64,000 nucleotides of DNA from Fimbriosthenelais zetlandica (lineage: Eukaryota). A model generated the notes under the pieces. That model made no database searches. It saw only the letters and a list, made by a program, of their open reading frames with translations, and had not been told where the DNA came from. The position numbers were made by a program, and so were the translations under genes. Positions 23,082 to 37,314 of this stretch are shown in pieces. Position 1 is the first letter of the stretch; each line of letters starts with the position of its first letter. The stretch is taken from the NCBI GenBank assembly GCA_977030845.1, contig OZ365112.1:6138001-6202000 (forward strand), written 5' to 3'.

Positions 23082-24193
23082 CTAGAGAATAAGAGACCAG
23101 TGCTTACATGGCGCGAGGTGGGCCAGGCTGAGGTGGATTGGAGGAGAACTTTTGAAAAAGAATCTTCAATGCCTTCATCAGGTTGGCAGAAGACAAAGAC
23201 AAAGTCAAAAAGGGGAAGAAAGGATGGAGGGGTATAATATATATCATAGATGGATGGATGGAGGAAGGGATGGGAAGAAGGGATACAATACTAACTCAGT
23301 GTCACTGCCACAATCACCACACACCATGTGAAACATATATACACAGGAAAATGTGACTTCCAATTACCTTGTGCAGAAATTAATCATTTTTCATGATTTC
23401 AATTATCAGTGATGGATCAACAGATTTACAGACAAAAAAAGTCGAAAAAACTAGCAGGTCAAGAAAATGATCCATCTTGTAAAAAAACTTTTTAAAATTA
23501 ATGTCTTGCAAATGACACGGAAAATGGAATATCACTTCATGCAAAAGTCTGTGCTGCCCACCAATTCTAAACCAAAGCTAAGGTAAAGAATAAGAGAGGA
23601 AAGTAAATGGACTTTCCCACTGGAAAAAGACACGGGAGCTGAAATTACAAAAACTAACATCTAGCAACAGATAGATATATTAGCTTCGAAGATTTATGTA
23701 TCCATTGAGCTGGAGTAGCCTGTCAATATAGACAGTTATGATTAATGTCAAAACATGATAAAATGCATGCAAGTATTCTGAACAGCCTGTAGCCAAGTAG
23801 GCTGCCCACTGGACCACAGTTTGCAATGGAAGAAAGCATAAGATGGCGATGCGCTATCAAAAGTGTCCAAAGATTCAGAACAATATGATCCATACCATGG
23901 AGAACACTTTTGATATTCATCACCCAACATATTGATGTACAATTCCTTACAACTATCATCAGAAAAATTACACTCATAATAACAAGGTAATAGACACCAA
24001 CCCATTATTCAATGGCAACAAAGTAGATAGCAACTCTAGAATTTTAGTTCTATTTGAAATACCCAGTTCAGGTATCAGACTACACTATTTTGGTTGCACA
24101 ATTGACATGACAAATTTACTCGGCAAGATAAATGTTGCATCAAATGAACTGATCAAACATAACGCAAGATAGGAGGCTCAGTGCTATACTCAC

Positions 24194-24336
24194 TCTGTGT
24201 CTGTGTTTGAGCGCGATAAACGCGCCAATAACCATGACAGTAACAATGCCAATCCAGGTGTAGAAGACAAGTATACTAAGGGATGCATCATGAGAAGACT
24301 CAGGCACAAACGGTTGATGCATCTCCATGGTTTCAC
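24194..24336 (-). CDS. Transmembrane exon (143 bp, phase 1-0): (S)ETMEMHQPFVPESSHDASLSILVFYTWIGIVTVMVIGAFIALKHRHR
   Basis: Acceptor catttcgtcag|GT GAA, donor CAC AGA|GTGAGT; 24-residue hydrophobic stretch followed by basic stop-transfer KHRHR; 164-bp intron to the previous exon. Confidence 0.88.
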
Positions 24337-24500
24337 CTGACGAAATGAGATATACAAATGATGGTTAAACCATAACAAATATGTCATATCCTAGCAAAGT
24401 TTTCCATATCTTTCACAGCAAAGCCCAATAATTTTCGATTATTCGATATGCTATCTTTAACTCTATTTTGTACATAGAGAGCAAAGGTCGAATGACTTAC

Positions 24501-24602
24501 TTCTAACTTCTGAAATGGGACCAAACTCAGCTTCAAAACTGTGAGGTCCCACAAACACCTCCTGGCCTGGGTGACTGGCTGCTTCATTCATGTCCATCTT
24601 GC
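24501..24602 (-). CDS. Internal coding exon (102 bp, phase 1-1): (S)KMDMNEAASHPGQEVFVGPHSFEAEFGPISEVR
   Basis: Acceptor ttttaatttgcag|GC AAG, donor AGA A|GTAAGT; open in phase with flanking exons. Confidence 0.85.
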
Positions 24603-25404
24603 CTGCAAATTAAAAACAATGACAGAATAAAGGTTCTGAATAATGGGGGACATTCTAGTACTGGGTGTAGTAATCTGGATGGATCTAGCCTGCCTTCTGT
24701 GTGGTGGGAAAGATTGTATATACATCTTGTCATCACTTATTGTGCATCGCTCAAGCCATTGCTGCAACAAATTTGAGAAAGCTCACTAATCTCACATCAC
24801 TTTCATCGTGGACAAACACAAACTGCTCCTATCGGCAAACACGATTTCCAGACAAACGCAAATTGCAATTTCCACTCGATATGGATGACGAATCATTGGG
24901 GGCAATTGATTATTGAAACAGAATCCCAGACTAGAACTTTGCAATTATCTTCCTAGGTCCCACCAGGATTTGTCGAAACAAGCCCTAAATGACCAGTATA
25001 TAGACACTGAACACCAGTCAATATTCATATCCCAGGGGGTGGCACCCCTTTTATATAAGTGACACATTCATTGTGGCTACTCACTCCCATCGGGGAAAAA
25101 GAGAAGACTATACAAGTATGGTCTCGTCAATCTCTATATATAGTGCAATGATGTTTATTCATTGTGAAACTGTCTATAATACTAACTGTGTAGATAATAT
25201 CTCATGTGTTAAAATATCGAAGGAAGTGGCGAGGACAAATGACCTGCTCAGTTGTAACCGGAAGTAGAATGAGAATGTTTCGTTACGGACCAGAATAGCT
25301 TCTACATTTGGCTAAAATTTGACTAAAAGTTTATCTGAGCTAGCTCTATCCCTAATTATATCTAGAAATGAATTCAATTTTGATCAAGAAAGCCTAAGAC
25401 TTAC

Positions 25405-25518
25405 TTCTCTCGCGGATCCACTCGTCGTCGCTGATCTTTGCCCCACGGTAATAATTATCCCCTCCCGGTCTCATGTCCTCGACCTCATCATCTTTTGTGT
25501 CGTATTCATAGTCATCAT
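25405..25518 (-). CDS. Internal coding exon (114 bp, phase 1-1): (D)DDYEYDTKDDEVEDMRPGGDNYYRGAKISDDEWIRER
   Basis: Acceptor tatttttcag|AT GAT, donor AGA A|GTAAGT; open in the matching phase; not in the ORF track because it has no start codon. Confidence 0.85.
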
Positions 25519-28500
25519 CTGAAAAATATCCCAAGTTCATATCGTCAACAGAAAATCAACAGATCTATGAGTAGTCTGGACTAAATTGCATGCACAAAAC
25601 AGACATTGTGCATGATATTGATAGATCATTGTTGTCACAATGTCTGTGATTATCTACTGAGGATTATATTTTGCATTGCATTTGAAATTCCGGCAGGATG
25701 ATACCGGGTACATTGACAGACATTTCTCTCCAGACTCATGGACAACTTGTGACAGAGCTGCTGACAGTGACTGACATTGGTCCAAGTATTAGGTATGCCG
25801 TCCCATGGAGTGACACTGAGAAATACAAGTCTCTAACAGTTACCTATCATTCATCCATTCTCATGGATGTATGGCTCAGATATGTAGATTTAATTTTACC
25901 ACCCAGTCAGAGATAATCCCTTCCTATTGGCAGAGCCAGGCGATGGGATTTAGGGTCGGGGTGGGCCCTCTGCCCAGACCTTACCATTTGCTATCTATTT
26001 ATGTATTTGGCCAGGCAGAGTAGTGAAGGGGGTGTTATCATGGGAAGGTCTGCACACAAAACATGCAATTGCTACGTGCCTACATTAAAGATTCCTCCAA
26101 CCCACTCATCCGTCATCTCCGATCGCACCCTATCTATGGATAACAATCATCCACTGATAGTCTGAGCTGGAGACAGCCTTTGTGAATAATTTGTGCTTGT
26201 ACCGTGTATTATTCACTTCATTGAACATCAGTTACACAAATCACTGTCTTTTTACTGATATGACTGGCTATCTTTTCATAGCAACCCAGAATCTTCGATC
26301 CCATGTATTCAGGCATGCAGATAATGTATTCAGGCATACAGATACATGCACATGGCCATGCTTTCGTACAATATTCATAGACGTATATATATAAGAACTC
26401 TGCCCTCAACTGCCCTGTGGCATTGAGCATCTCTACATACTAGGTTTATGCCCCCCCAAAGCCCCAGGGGCAATGAGCATCTCTATAGCAATATTTCTGT
26501 ATTCTCTGGTGCACTGAGCATTGAGCATCTCTGTATCAATAGTATACATGTACATAAAATAGTAATTGTAGAAAATCTTTTCTATAAAATTATCTTAATG
26601 GTTAAATATGAGATTTCTTCCTTTGACAGTATTCACTGAAGAAGGAAGGAGCTTGTTGGGCCTAAATACTCAACTTAAGACAGAAACCAGACTCATCCAA
26701 CCTAATACTATGTACAACTATGTACTTTGTACTAAAAATAAGAAGTCAAGTTCTGCAGCATAGGCAATGTATATAGGACTGCCCCTTTAAAGCAGAGATG
26801 CATGTATCCAGATCCATAGCCCTCAGCATCCCTTGCCTTGATGGAATCAGATGGTTCGGTGTATAAATGAGCCTTATCCAGTCGATCAATAAGCAGATGA
26901 CCCACTAGCAAAAATACCAAGGATAGATCTTGTCAGCCATGCTTTATACAACAAATATATACAACAGTCCTCTTTATAGCCACAGCTCTGATTTGCAGTG
27001 GTTTTTATTTGGCAGCGATAGTCTTTTATCTGGGGTTTTTATGTGCATGGGCTTGCCCAAACATAATAAAGAGAGGTTGTTTTATGGATAAAAGGCATCA
27101 AGTTTCAGCTGTCCCTGTGAGCCATAGAAAAAGCTTTGATATGAGGATAGACATGGAGCAGAAGTCCCTTCAAAAGCTGGCCACACTAAAGCTGGATTGA
27201 CTGGGCTATAAAGGAACTTCAGTGGTCACTAGCCTACCCCTACACATCAGCCCATAAGCAAGGATTCCTTCCTAAATACTTTCGGGCTGTCCACCACTTT
27301 CAGTACATAGTTGGGAGGAGATATAATATGAGGGGAGACTATGGGGGGAAGGCAATGCTGGAAGCAATATTTGGACATGCAGGGGGAAAGAACAGGAGAT
27401 TGGATAAGAAAGGGCTCTCTGAATGAACCTTAATAAATCCATGGTTCTGCGTTCAGATTAGGCCAACGAACTTCCAATATGCAAGGCAGATGATGACCAT
27501 CAAACTTGCCACCACTTTGACCTGCCGCCATAAACAGGATGACCTTTTAAGGTGCATAAAGTACCAGCAGAGATAGCTGAGGCTGGTCTGTATATGGAGG
27601 GGCTTAGAATGACTGGTGGAGGTGGAGGCCGAGGGGAATAGAACAGGTTTTATGGCTACTATCATGTACCGCAAGCTTTCACAGTTAGGGTCCAAAGGGA
27701 CTGACCTTCAAGTATGGATGGGGAGAATTTTTGGCCTTTGCTAACAGGGATAGTAGAATGTAATGACTAAAGGCCATAGCATGTGCTAGCCTTTCAAGAC
27801 AACAGTCTGAACACAAAATTGGATTTAAAGATTAGTCGCACCATTGCGTCGTGAATGGGAGGAGATGTATATAGCACCTGGATGGCACTATCAGGATACT
27901 GCAGATTGGCCTGCTGACAAGAGGCAAACAAGGCTCAAGCCAGTCATGAAGGATGCTCAGCTAAGACATTGGTAGAAAGACAAGGGCTCATGGAAAGAGG
28001 ACCTGTGACCCTGCTGGGATGCCCCAGCAGACGTATACAGGGGAATTTCCCAGGGGGTGAGCCAGTCATCTAATCCTCAGCCATCTTCCCCGCCATGCCC
28101 ACACTCAGGACATGGGACTCTGAAAGTGTCCATCGATTTGCATGTATTAGCAATCGTCTCCTGATGCAGAGCCGGAGTGAAGGCAGGAAAATCTTTAAAT
28201 TCTGACTGTAGATTGCTTCATTATTACTAATACTACCTCCCTAGGTCCACCCATTCTGGAACAGGGGAGCTAAAGGGGCAAGAGGGAGAGATGATTATCA
28301 TCTTTTAATGAAGCCTGTAATCAGTGTTTTACTCGGGAGTCTACAGTCAAGGGGGCTCTTAGAGTTGGCCAATGTTGCTTTAATGACGTTATCAATGGTG
28401 GGTAATGGTAGGCCCGCCAAACGGCCCCTCTCAGACTATAAGGCTGGAGACAAGCAATGGAGGATTTATCTTATCTTGATAACGTTCCATCTCTCCTCAG

Positions 28501-31500
28501 TGCGATGATCCAGGCAGAGTGCCAGGCTTCGTTTGCAAGCATTGTTTGGCTCAGAGACTATATATACACTAAGCCTTGCTTCGCTAAGTCTTCTTTGAAC
28601 ATGATTTTGTTTATGCTATGAAGAAAAATCATTAATTTTCCTCATAATATACAACGTAATTGTGTATAATATAATCAGGAAAATTGTAATTGCATATAAT
28701 AGACCTTCTCCTGCCGTTTTGGCGCCGAATAAGGCTTTCTCAAAACGAAAACTTTCAAATAGATATTAAGCCAAATGAGGACAGATCACAGGCGTGGAAC
28801 ATGCTCGATCAGGACTCAGGTGATACCAGCCAACTTAAATACAGCAGTCACACTTTGCTCGTCCTCTCTACTTGTCTGATGCAACATTAGGCCTGAAAGT
28901 TTATGGAGGATTAATGAATAATTCAGTAGCACTTTTTGCCCAATCAGAGTATTACTGTATGCTTTAAGCATATTACATTAGATACTTAGCCCATGATGAA
29001 GACATGTCCGACATATTAAGAGTGAATTAGCGATAAAAGATGTAATAGTAACTACCATTTCAGTCTGTGTAATACATGATCTTTATCTGAAGCTTACCCA
29101 ACAAACTGTGAGACACTATACAGCAGGCTACTTCAATGATATACTTCAGCGAGACTTGGCAGTGAGATTCAGCGAGGGCTCGCAGAAGCTATAATGGCCA
29201 CTGACATACTTTCAAGTTTCAGCATGCTGCATAGATGACACACTGAAGCTACTCATCCTATCTCAGGCAAATACTGTGGCTGGATGGATAGAGTGCAGGA
29301 ATTTCTGACTTGCTGGTTCCAAAATCGTGCACCAAGCAGATTGGTAAATGTTAAGATTGTGCACCAACGGCCGCTAGAGTGTGCTAATGTAAGTTCAGCT
29401 CGAAAAAGCCCCACTGGATATGTGATGGAATACTGACTGGGCAGGGGTGGAGGACATTGACACTCTCCTTCAAGATTGATACACTTCAGCAGTTATAATG
29501 CAGAATGTCAATCAGTGATTTATTCCTTTCAACGAGGGGTTACAGACGAGTGCCAAATAAAGCATCTCAGATCAGGTAATCCCACATGAGGCATTGGAAG
29601 CTTCTGTAATGCGAGCAGCGGCGTCCCATTAGAGATCTCATATCAATCAGGCGCTTATTTCAGTCTAATTTATAAACTTTGTGACAGGAGAAAAATGAAT
29701 GATGGGTGTCAGCTTCTCTATAGCTGTAGGGGTATGACGTGGATGGAGAAATATCTGTGAAGAGTGATGGCAGGCGCCACTCAATGTACTTATCTCTTTT
29801 CTCTCCTGTGACTATTTTAATGACTTAAGTATGATGAAAGAGACCGGGGATCACCTTTCTTGCTTCTCCTCTCAGTTATGGTAGCTGTCTGGTAGGGAAC
29901 CGTGAAGGTATGAATAAACATAGGTGTGTTATAGAACCGAGAGTCGCGTAGAAAATGTCAGTACATGATGTCAGTTCATTATCAGATACGCGGTAAAGAA
30001 CTCAGTATTATCAAAAACTGTATCTCATGTTGTTTATGACAACCAAGCGAAGTCATGGCCTCATACTATGACATCAATAATTGTAAAGTGCAAAAAGTTT
30101 AATTCAAAAGGGCCCCATGTAATCCAAGTGTATCTACAGAAATCAACTTTCTGCTTATTAATTCTTTTCTGAGAATATGCAGGATATTACTAACATTACC
30201 TCGCATGCACTCCCAAGAGCGAAATTAAATTTCTAAAGGAAACCCCCATTAAACTAATTTCATTAACTCTGTCCACGGATGAAATACAGTATGATCAATA
30301 GTTAGCGATCGTCAATCATGTCCTCACATTCCAAGGCAATATGAATCTATCCATACAAACGATTCCCCACTTTTTCTTGCCCACATCCTAGTCAAATAAC
30401 ATCATATCTTCCACTCAGACATGGATTTAATTTGAATCCGCATCCACCAACATCACGTTCTATTCACGTGATAGACTTTTTTATTTTTACTTTTCGAAGA
30501 GCAAGGCACGTTCAAGGTTATACCCTTAATACATGTGAATAGTTTTTACATCCCTCTTCATCAAGAGCATGCATGACGATTCCCATGCGGGATTTAATTG
30601 GAAGCCACATGCTCTTTTTGCATCACGATGTTGTTCGGAAACAGGATCGATTCATGTTCAATCCAAGACATGAACGAGTCAAAAATCCACATGTACACTC
30701 TCTACATTAAAGGGATTGAATGGCTTTTTCTTGTGTATATTGGTCGATGCAGATAAAATCCAAAAAAAATATCTTTCATGACAACACATCGAGCAATTAT
30801 ATAGATTCTCTTATATGCTACAAAAATCAAAATATAATTGATATACCAATATACTATTGCTATACGATATTTTCCTGTAAAACAACCAGAGAAACTTCGA
30901 TGTTTTAGAGTGTTAACATTAACTTGAAACAGGATAGAACATATCGTTCTTATTCCACAGATGAAATAATACATTTTTCCATGCAGGGTCAATGGAACAA
31001 CCAGCAGACGCCGTTCACGTGGTCACTACGTTCCCAGCTTTAAGCTGACCATAGTGAATTATTCTGTCACAGCCTGTGTATTTCTTCTAGACTGAGCATC
31101 CATTTCCCTAATACTAAGCGTGCCTCTGAGGAGGTAATTGCGGTAAATGCTTCAGTAGTTAGCCACATGCAAACTGTGCTCTTCTCAGCTCCTGAGGCAA
31201 ATAAAGCTCAGTGATTCAGCCTTCATGGTAAAAGCATGAGGACGATGCACGAACAGGACACAGCTTTTATATGGAAGGTTTATACCACGAGTCTGAGTAT
31301 CCCAACGAGTGTGCTATTCTCAATAAACATGATCCATTAACTTTTTTCATTGCCTGGTGGAGGGAAGAACACACAATATATATTTTGAATACAGTCTGTA
31401 GCATATAGTAGCCCAGTCCTATACCCCAATAGAGATTGGACAGGCTGGATTTCACTGAGATAATTGAGTGGGCTTTTAAAATTAATCATTTCTTGCCTCC

Positions 31501-34306
31501 AGCAAAGAAAGGCGGGGGGGGGGGGGATACTATTCCCCCTATCCAATAACACATCTGGATCTATCATTGGGTTAACATATTAAATATTTTTCAAGAAATT
31601 AAAATGTATCCCTTACTTCCAGTATCAGCTTTGTTGGTATACTCCAGCCCATCTGCCTTATCTGGAAAAGAGTAAAAATTGGACGCCTTTATTACTTGCA
31701 CCTGCCTCAGCCAATTTCCAGAGTCAATATATTGAACACCCCAGCCCCAGCTGAATTTTACCTCAATTTAAAGCTTAACCTTTTCACCAATTTCTTTGAT
31801 GCCCGAAATGTCTCCCATGCAACCATCTGGCCACGTTTTGTACATCTGGTATGAAATCCACAGACAGACACCACTACTCGCTCTGATCTGACATTTCTGA
31901 GCAAAAAAGCTGCACCAGACCCTGTTTGGAGCTAAATATAGACATGATCTGATGGTGTTAGGTTTCACGAGGAACACGCTCATATTTGGTCGTTTTGACC
32001 ACAATGGCAAGACGAGCGTGACGTTGATTTGGATCCCCAGGGATTGTCGTGTTCCTCCAACAGGGAAAAAAACCCAACCCACATGACGATTGAATGAAAA
32101 TGACCTTGAATTTGTGAATGCAGCTTTCATCAAGACATGCAAACGATATGGCCATTATCCATTTTATTTTTTCCATAAAATGCCCAATTTCAGTCAGATC
32201 ATCATAGCAAACTTCTGCATTGGGCAAGCAATGTATCATAGTCAATATGACTCGATACCAATGATTGAAATTCAGGATCAAGAGGGAGTTCTTGTCTGTG
32301 TTAACCAGCAAACAAAAGACGAGACTATTTTCAGTGTGTAAATTGCTCTCACTAAACTCTCAAATTGAGCTCTCATCTGTCTCTCTCCTGCCAACTCTGG
32401 CAATGACTTCACGCCGCCCCACCACCACTTCCACGAGGCTGGGGTATAGATGGTCTCTCAACGAGGAACGCCGTCCTCATCTGGGTGCCAATAAATCCCC
32501 GGCAATTGTCAAATATTTACCCACTGACGGTCGCTTTCTTGCCGTGATTAAAACTTGTTGACTGCCGGCTCGAAAAGGATGAGTGAAACGAGAGGCTGGT
32601 GGGGTATCGATTTCACTCTGGCTTTCTCTCCCTTCCACCCAAATTCCCTGCTATTTTGTCTCAAGGCGATAAGCATTTCAAAGAGCGATTAAGACATGTG
32701 GGATAACAGCGCTAATCCGGTTATTCCAGTTGACTGGAGTGATGAAGGATTGTAGGAAGTATATTCCACCGTAATCCACGCAGCAAAAGACAGTCAACAT
32801 TACAACCAGTGAACATTCAAATGGGATCTGCATCGACAATTAATGGGAAGATTCAGAGCTAACTTTTACAACTTAAATGAACAATACCATAGTCACACAT
32901 GTCAAAGGACCAATTGTGATCCTCTAGCAATCGACAATGGGTGCCTGAACTAAAAATCTATCACAACTTTCAGACTGCCAAAAACCTTTAACAAATGGCT
33001 GTCTGAGGTCAGCAGTTTGTCTTCTGGTATATGTGTGCCTGAGACTTAACACCAACTGTTTCGCTTGGTATCTCTGGTCAGACAGTCTAAAACATTTATA
33101 GGTACCATCTTAAATCTAGAAAAGGAATCCATAATGGCGCCATATATCCTTGTGAAGGTAGTGGTCTCAAGATGCTCATGGCCTCGGTCTCTGTCCCTAA
33201 TGACGGCCCACTGGTGGTAGGCGGGCACAATGCAATAAATGCCCAGAGCTGCAGAACGCTGCACCACCCCAGAAGCACCAAGCATGAAATGATTCTTCTT
33301 ATAGGAACATTTCATGCTTTCATAGGCTTAATCATGGATTTGGTGAGTAATTGGGATTCTTGCGAACTGACAAATAGAGAAACAAGTCCGTAGTAGATCC
33401 CTTCTTTGGGTGACTTCCAAGTATCCAAGTTCACACTTGTTTCTTGTTCACTTTTGTTAACAAAGCCATCGGCTGCTTAAAGTAGCCATAACTCATTAAC
33501 TTTCTCTCAGAGAAGGAAATGTATTTAATGCATGATTATAATAAAAAACATCAGGAAAGCCTGCAAAGTCCGTTCTGACTTGAATAGATTCTTCAGCCTC
33601 TCCAAAGGCATTCAGACTCAGTGCAGACCTTTGTGCATTGGTAAGTCCCAAAGCTAATATCCTTTATTGATATTTTTATCCAGGACCTCCATGCAGTGAA
33701 ACAAGAAGATAACTATACATAACAATGGATATATCGACATAGTATAATGAATCCTATTATAGCAGGTACATATAAAAGGCAACACAAGAAAATCGTATGA
33801 GATATTCCACGGCAATTTTTCTTACTGTTACAACTGGTTGCAATTGCTTTTGCAACTTCAAAACCTTTGAAATAACCAATAGAAAAGATAGTTGGCTAAA
33901 GATTTTGTATTGAATCGGTGACTGCAAGAAGAAAATGCGTCAGACCATCATCGTCTATTTTTTGTTGCAGAACACCACCTTAAAAACTGAGCAGGTTTGG
34001 GTCTGAGAAAACGGGAGATGGCATGGAGCTGAGTGATTGGGATCAATCAGTGCCCAAACTCATGCACCTATATGCTGACATGTAAGCTAGCAACTTCTTG
34101 ACCAGAAAGTGCTGAGATTCGACCAGGATGCCTTATAGACCCTGGACATGCGATCAAGCCGGATCCCATCCATTCATCTTGAGTCAACCCGACAACTGCA
34201 CCAAGATTCCTGTGTGTGATCTCGTCACATAGTTAAAAATTCAAACCCTGCATTGGGCGAAGAATGCATGGCAAGGTATTCCTAGGTACCCTAAAGCTTA
34301 TTGTTA

Positions 34307-34345
34307 ATCATTGATTGATTGAATGATTGAATGATTGATTGCTAC
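34307..34345. repeat. (ATTG/ATGA)n microsatellite
   Basis: ttgattgattgaatgattgaatgattgattg. Confidence 0.8.
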
Positions 34346-37100
34346 AACTGCTGATTGTATGGATACTGGAAGAAAATAATGAGAAAACAATATATGCCTG
34401 TTCACTGGGCCATCGAATAATAATGCATTAGTGAGGTATCCCCCACAATGATTTTAAATTGAAAATGAATTATCGTACAGATGTTCTGATGGGTGATGGA
34501 GTTAGTGGTGTGTGGTGTGTGAAGACGAAGTGAAAGATGAGTGAGGTTGCATGACCAAGGATGAAGACTTGTGTGATGGGAAGGGCAGAGAGAAAGCAGT
34601 GTTTTGCAAGAGGGGAAGGCGTTTCAAGAAGAATCATTGCGTGTTCACAAGCGATCAGAAAGCAAACAAAAATGTTACAAAAATCTTTCATGGTTCCCCA
34701 AACAATCTTTGGGTAATTTCATTTGGGCAAATGAGGATTGTCAGACACTTAACTTGAGGATGGGTCGATATTTGATCTATTTATTAGCCATTTTAGGTCT
34801 AAATGCGTTAAAAAACTTATCAGAAGATTATTGCTGGAAGGAACAGACTGCAAAAAAGCTTCTTAGATTACTTAATTAGTTTTCAACTCAGATGAAACAG
34901 CTCAAGTTTCATCTCAATTCAAAACTTCCAAGGACAAACTATGGAAAACATATTTCTCTTCACTATTGAAATAAATCATCTCCATATATCATATATAGCA
35001 TCGGAACATATAGCCTAAAATTTAACCTATTTCAAGGTTTATTTTCGAAGTGTTCCACTTTCTCAGAGGTCGACATTCAGGCTGTATGAACCGGCTGAAC
35101 CCGACCCACTGATGCCCTCTTGTATCGATTGATTAAAGACACTAGCCCGAGCAGATATCTCCACAGACGGGGGACTAATCCAGGGGGATATAGTCAGGTG
35201 ACACCCAAAAGCTTAGAGAGTAGCTCGGCCTAAATGCGGGATGGTTGGATGTGAGCTGCTGGGTTGTGGGTGGAGGAGGAGGAGGAGGAGGAGGAGAAGC
35301 TCGCCTGTCCCGGAACCATCGATCAGCTGGGTTTGGTGGAGTGTTTGACACTGAGTGGTTGTCCAAGTACACACCTCCCACATCCAACATGACCTCCAAA
35401 CCGTGAGTTGCTCTCACTGAGGGGGAGACAGAGGTGTGAGCTGCTCCTTCAGACATGATGTCTCCCACACCCAGCACCCGGCCACTAGGCTTTCATCTGG
35501 ACCTTTCTCGGGTGACAGGTGAAGGGAAAGGTCTCAGACCATCCATCAGAATTTAAGTAATTAATGATGGAATGGCTTAGCAAAATAAATGAACTCGGAA
35601 CGTGACTTGTATGTCCCAGTAAGGGCAATGCCTTCAAACTCAGGGCAGTGGAATTACAAAATAAAATCTTTGTATTCCCAAATTCAGTATGGGAGCAATA
35701 ATTATAACCTAAGTATCCGGATTCCAAACACTTGCATAATTTATATTTAATCACATAAAACACATTTTGTGTAATGGCGTGTAAAGGATAGTCAGTCATG
35801 CCCGTCTATATTAGGCCTTCAATGGCTCATTAAACAGCAGTTAATAAAAATTACATGACTAAAGTTATATTTTTGTTCAAATATCCAACATTAATCCATC
35901 ATATCACCATACAATATTTACGCTGGCCATTAAGCCTGTCCCCAACTTCGATCGCAAAAATCCCCCCACCCAAAAAACACCTCCAAATGCTCAAAAATCA
36001 CATTTATGAATATATAATAAAATAGGGGCAATTTCTATAAGGCAACAATTAAAAAGAAGTCTATCCAAAGAAGGTGCTTTTGCGTGTTAACAGGAGGTAA
36101 AACCAAGGTATAGGGATAAATGAGAAGACTTTTAGCGTTGGAGGGAGTGTGGGAGTGTCTGTCCGTGTGACCAATGAGTTAATGCATGTAAACACGGCAG
36201 CTAAGAGTTGCTGATTTCCCCTGATGCTACTCCACATGATCATATTGGGTCACGCTGCTGACTTGATGTCACGGATGAAAACAATTACCCACTTCAGGGT
36301 CACTAAGTTTTGGATGATCGGTGGTGGAGAGGGTGAAAGAAGGAGCTGCAGCCATACATCATAGCCATGAATATCAATCTATGAATTAATAGGCACACCC
36401 AGGCCAACACCTCTATTATTTGTGAGCATCTACCATGATGGATATGTCTGTAAATATTTCATCCGGGCATAAACAATTGAATGTGCAGACACCAACAAGG
36501 GCTATCGATCAGTCATATGTAATGTAATTATCCGTGGGAGGCCTTACATATTGGGTCCTGTGCATTCTGTACATTTTATCATACCCAATAAAATATCATT
36601 GGCTAATCAATTAGTATATTCAATGATATTTTGTTCAAAGTCCTTTTAGAAGTTGTTCAGCTCCAAACGCTAGTCTTCTAACGGTTATAGCAGACAAACA
36701 TGTTATAAAACTTTGCCAAAGTAAGACCAGGAATAAACTGCCCTAAGCCACAGCATAAAGGACACCCATGCACCTTTTTAAATAACATCCTGCTAGAAAG
36801 GTCCGAAAAGGTCCTTCGGGGGCCATTCTCAAAGGATCCCGAGACAGCCAAGTCTTTTAGCACGTTGAATTGTATTCAGTTGAGAAAACATATAGGCCTG
36901 GAGAATCCCGCCATACAAAGAGGGGGCAATGTTGTGTCCTCCTAACAGGTCCTGGCCACTCTGGATGCCTATTTATCTCGTGCTCTAACAAAAGGGCTCG
37001 CTTCAAGCACATTATAGTAACAGGGGATAGGGACAGGACAGTAAGGAATGAAGAGTATAGAAAATGGTACCTTACTCCACACATCAGGAACATGCATTTA

Positions 37101-37314
37101 AGCCGGGACTCCACTGCTGCGATTTTGCTTGCGACACTACTGCGACAAAGGTGATGCTTGTGAATTAAGTTTTGTAAGAATAAAATTTATAAATTGCGGT
37201 TCAAGTGTCCAAGGCTTTAGGCCGTCCTCCAATGGTAAATTTATCATTGAAATACAAGCATCACCTTTGTCGCAGACGTGTCGCAAACACAATCGCAGCA
37301 GTGGAGTCCCGGCT
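37101..37314. mobile_element. PIF/Harbinger (Tourist-like) MITE, 214 bp, intronic
   Basis: Perfect 24-bp TIR AGCCGGGACTCCACTGCTGCGATT extending imperfectly to ~60 bp; TTA target-site duplication at 37098-37100 and 37315-37317. Confidence 0.88.

Noticed and set aside
23654-23719. Third possible phase-0 terminal exon (ATPAQWIHKSSKLIYLSVARC*)
   Set aside because: Has an acceptable AG but no motif or similarity to the other tails; cannot be distinguished from chance without RNA data.
23723-24005. Cys-rich ORFs resembling a viral glycoprotein fragment
   Set aside because: Short, overlapping frames in an intron with no splice or motif support.
24595-24597. Kozak-context ATG (GCAAGATGG) suggesting a ~110-aa microprotein
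   Set aside because: The exon joins in phase to upstream coding exons, so this Met is most simply internal.
24194-24602. Resemblance to amyloid precursor protein (ISEVR / EAEF vs ISEVKMDAEF) before the TM helix
   Set aside because: No E1/E2 domains, no GxxxG-type TM and no GYENPTY tail in either terminal segment.
30600-30720. Minus-strand peptide MWIFDSFMSWIEH resembling a pogo/Tigger DDE_1 motif
   Set aside because: Single short motif with off-by-one spacing; no flanking transposase similarity or TIRs.
35175-35477. 100-aa minus-strand ORF with a poly-Pro run
   Set aside because: Driven by a (GGA)n microsatellite; no good acceptor in the required phase.
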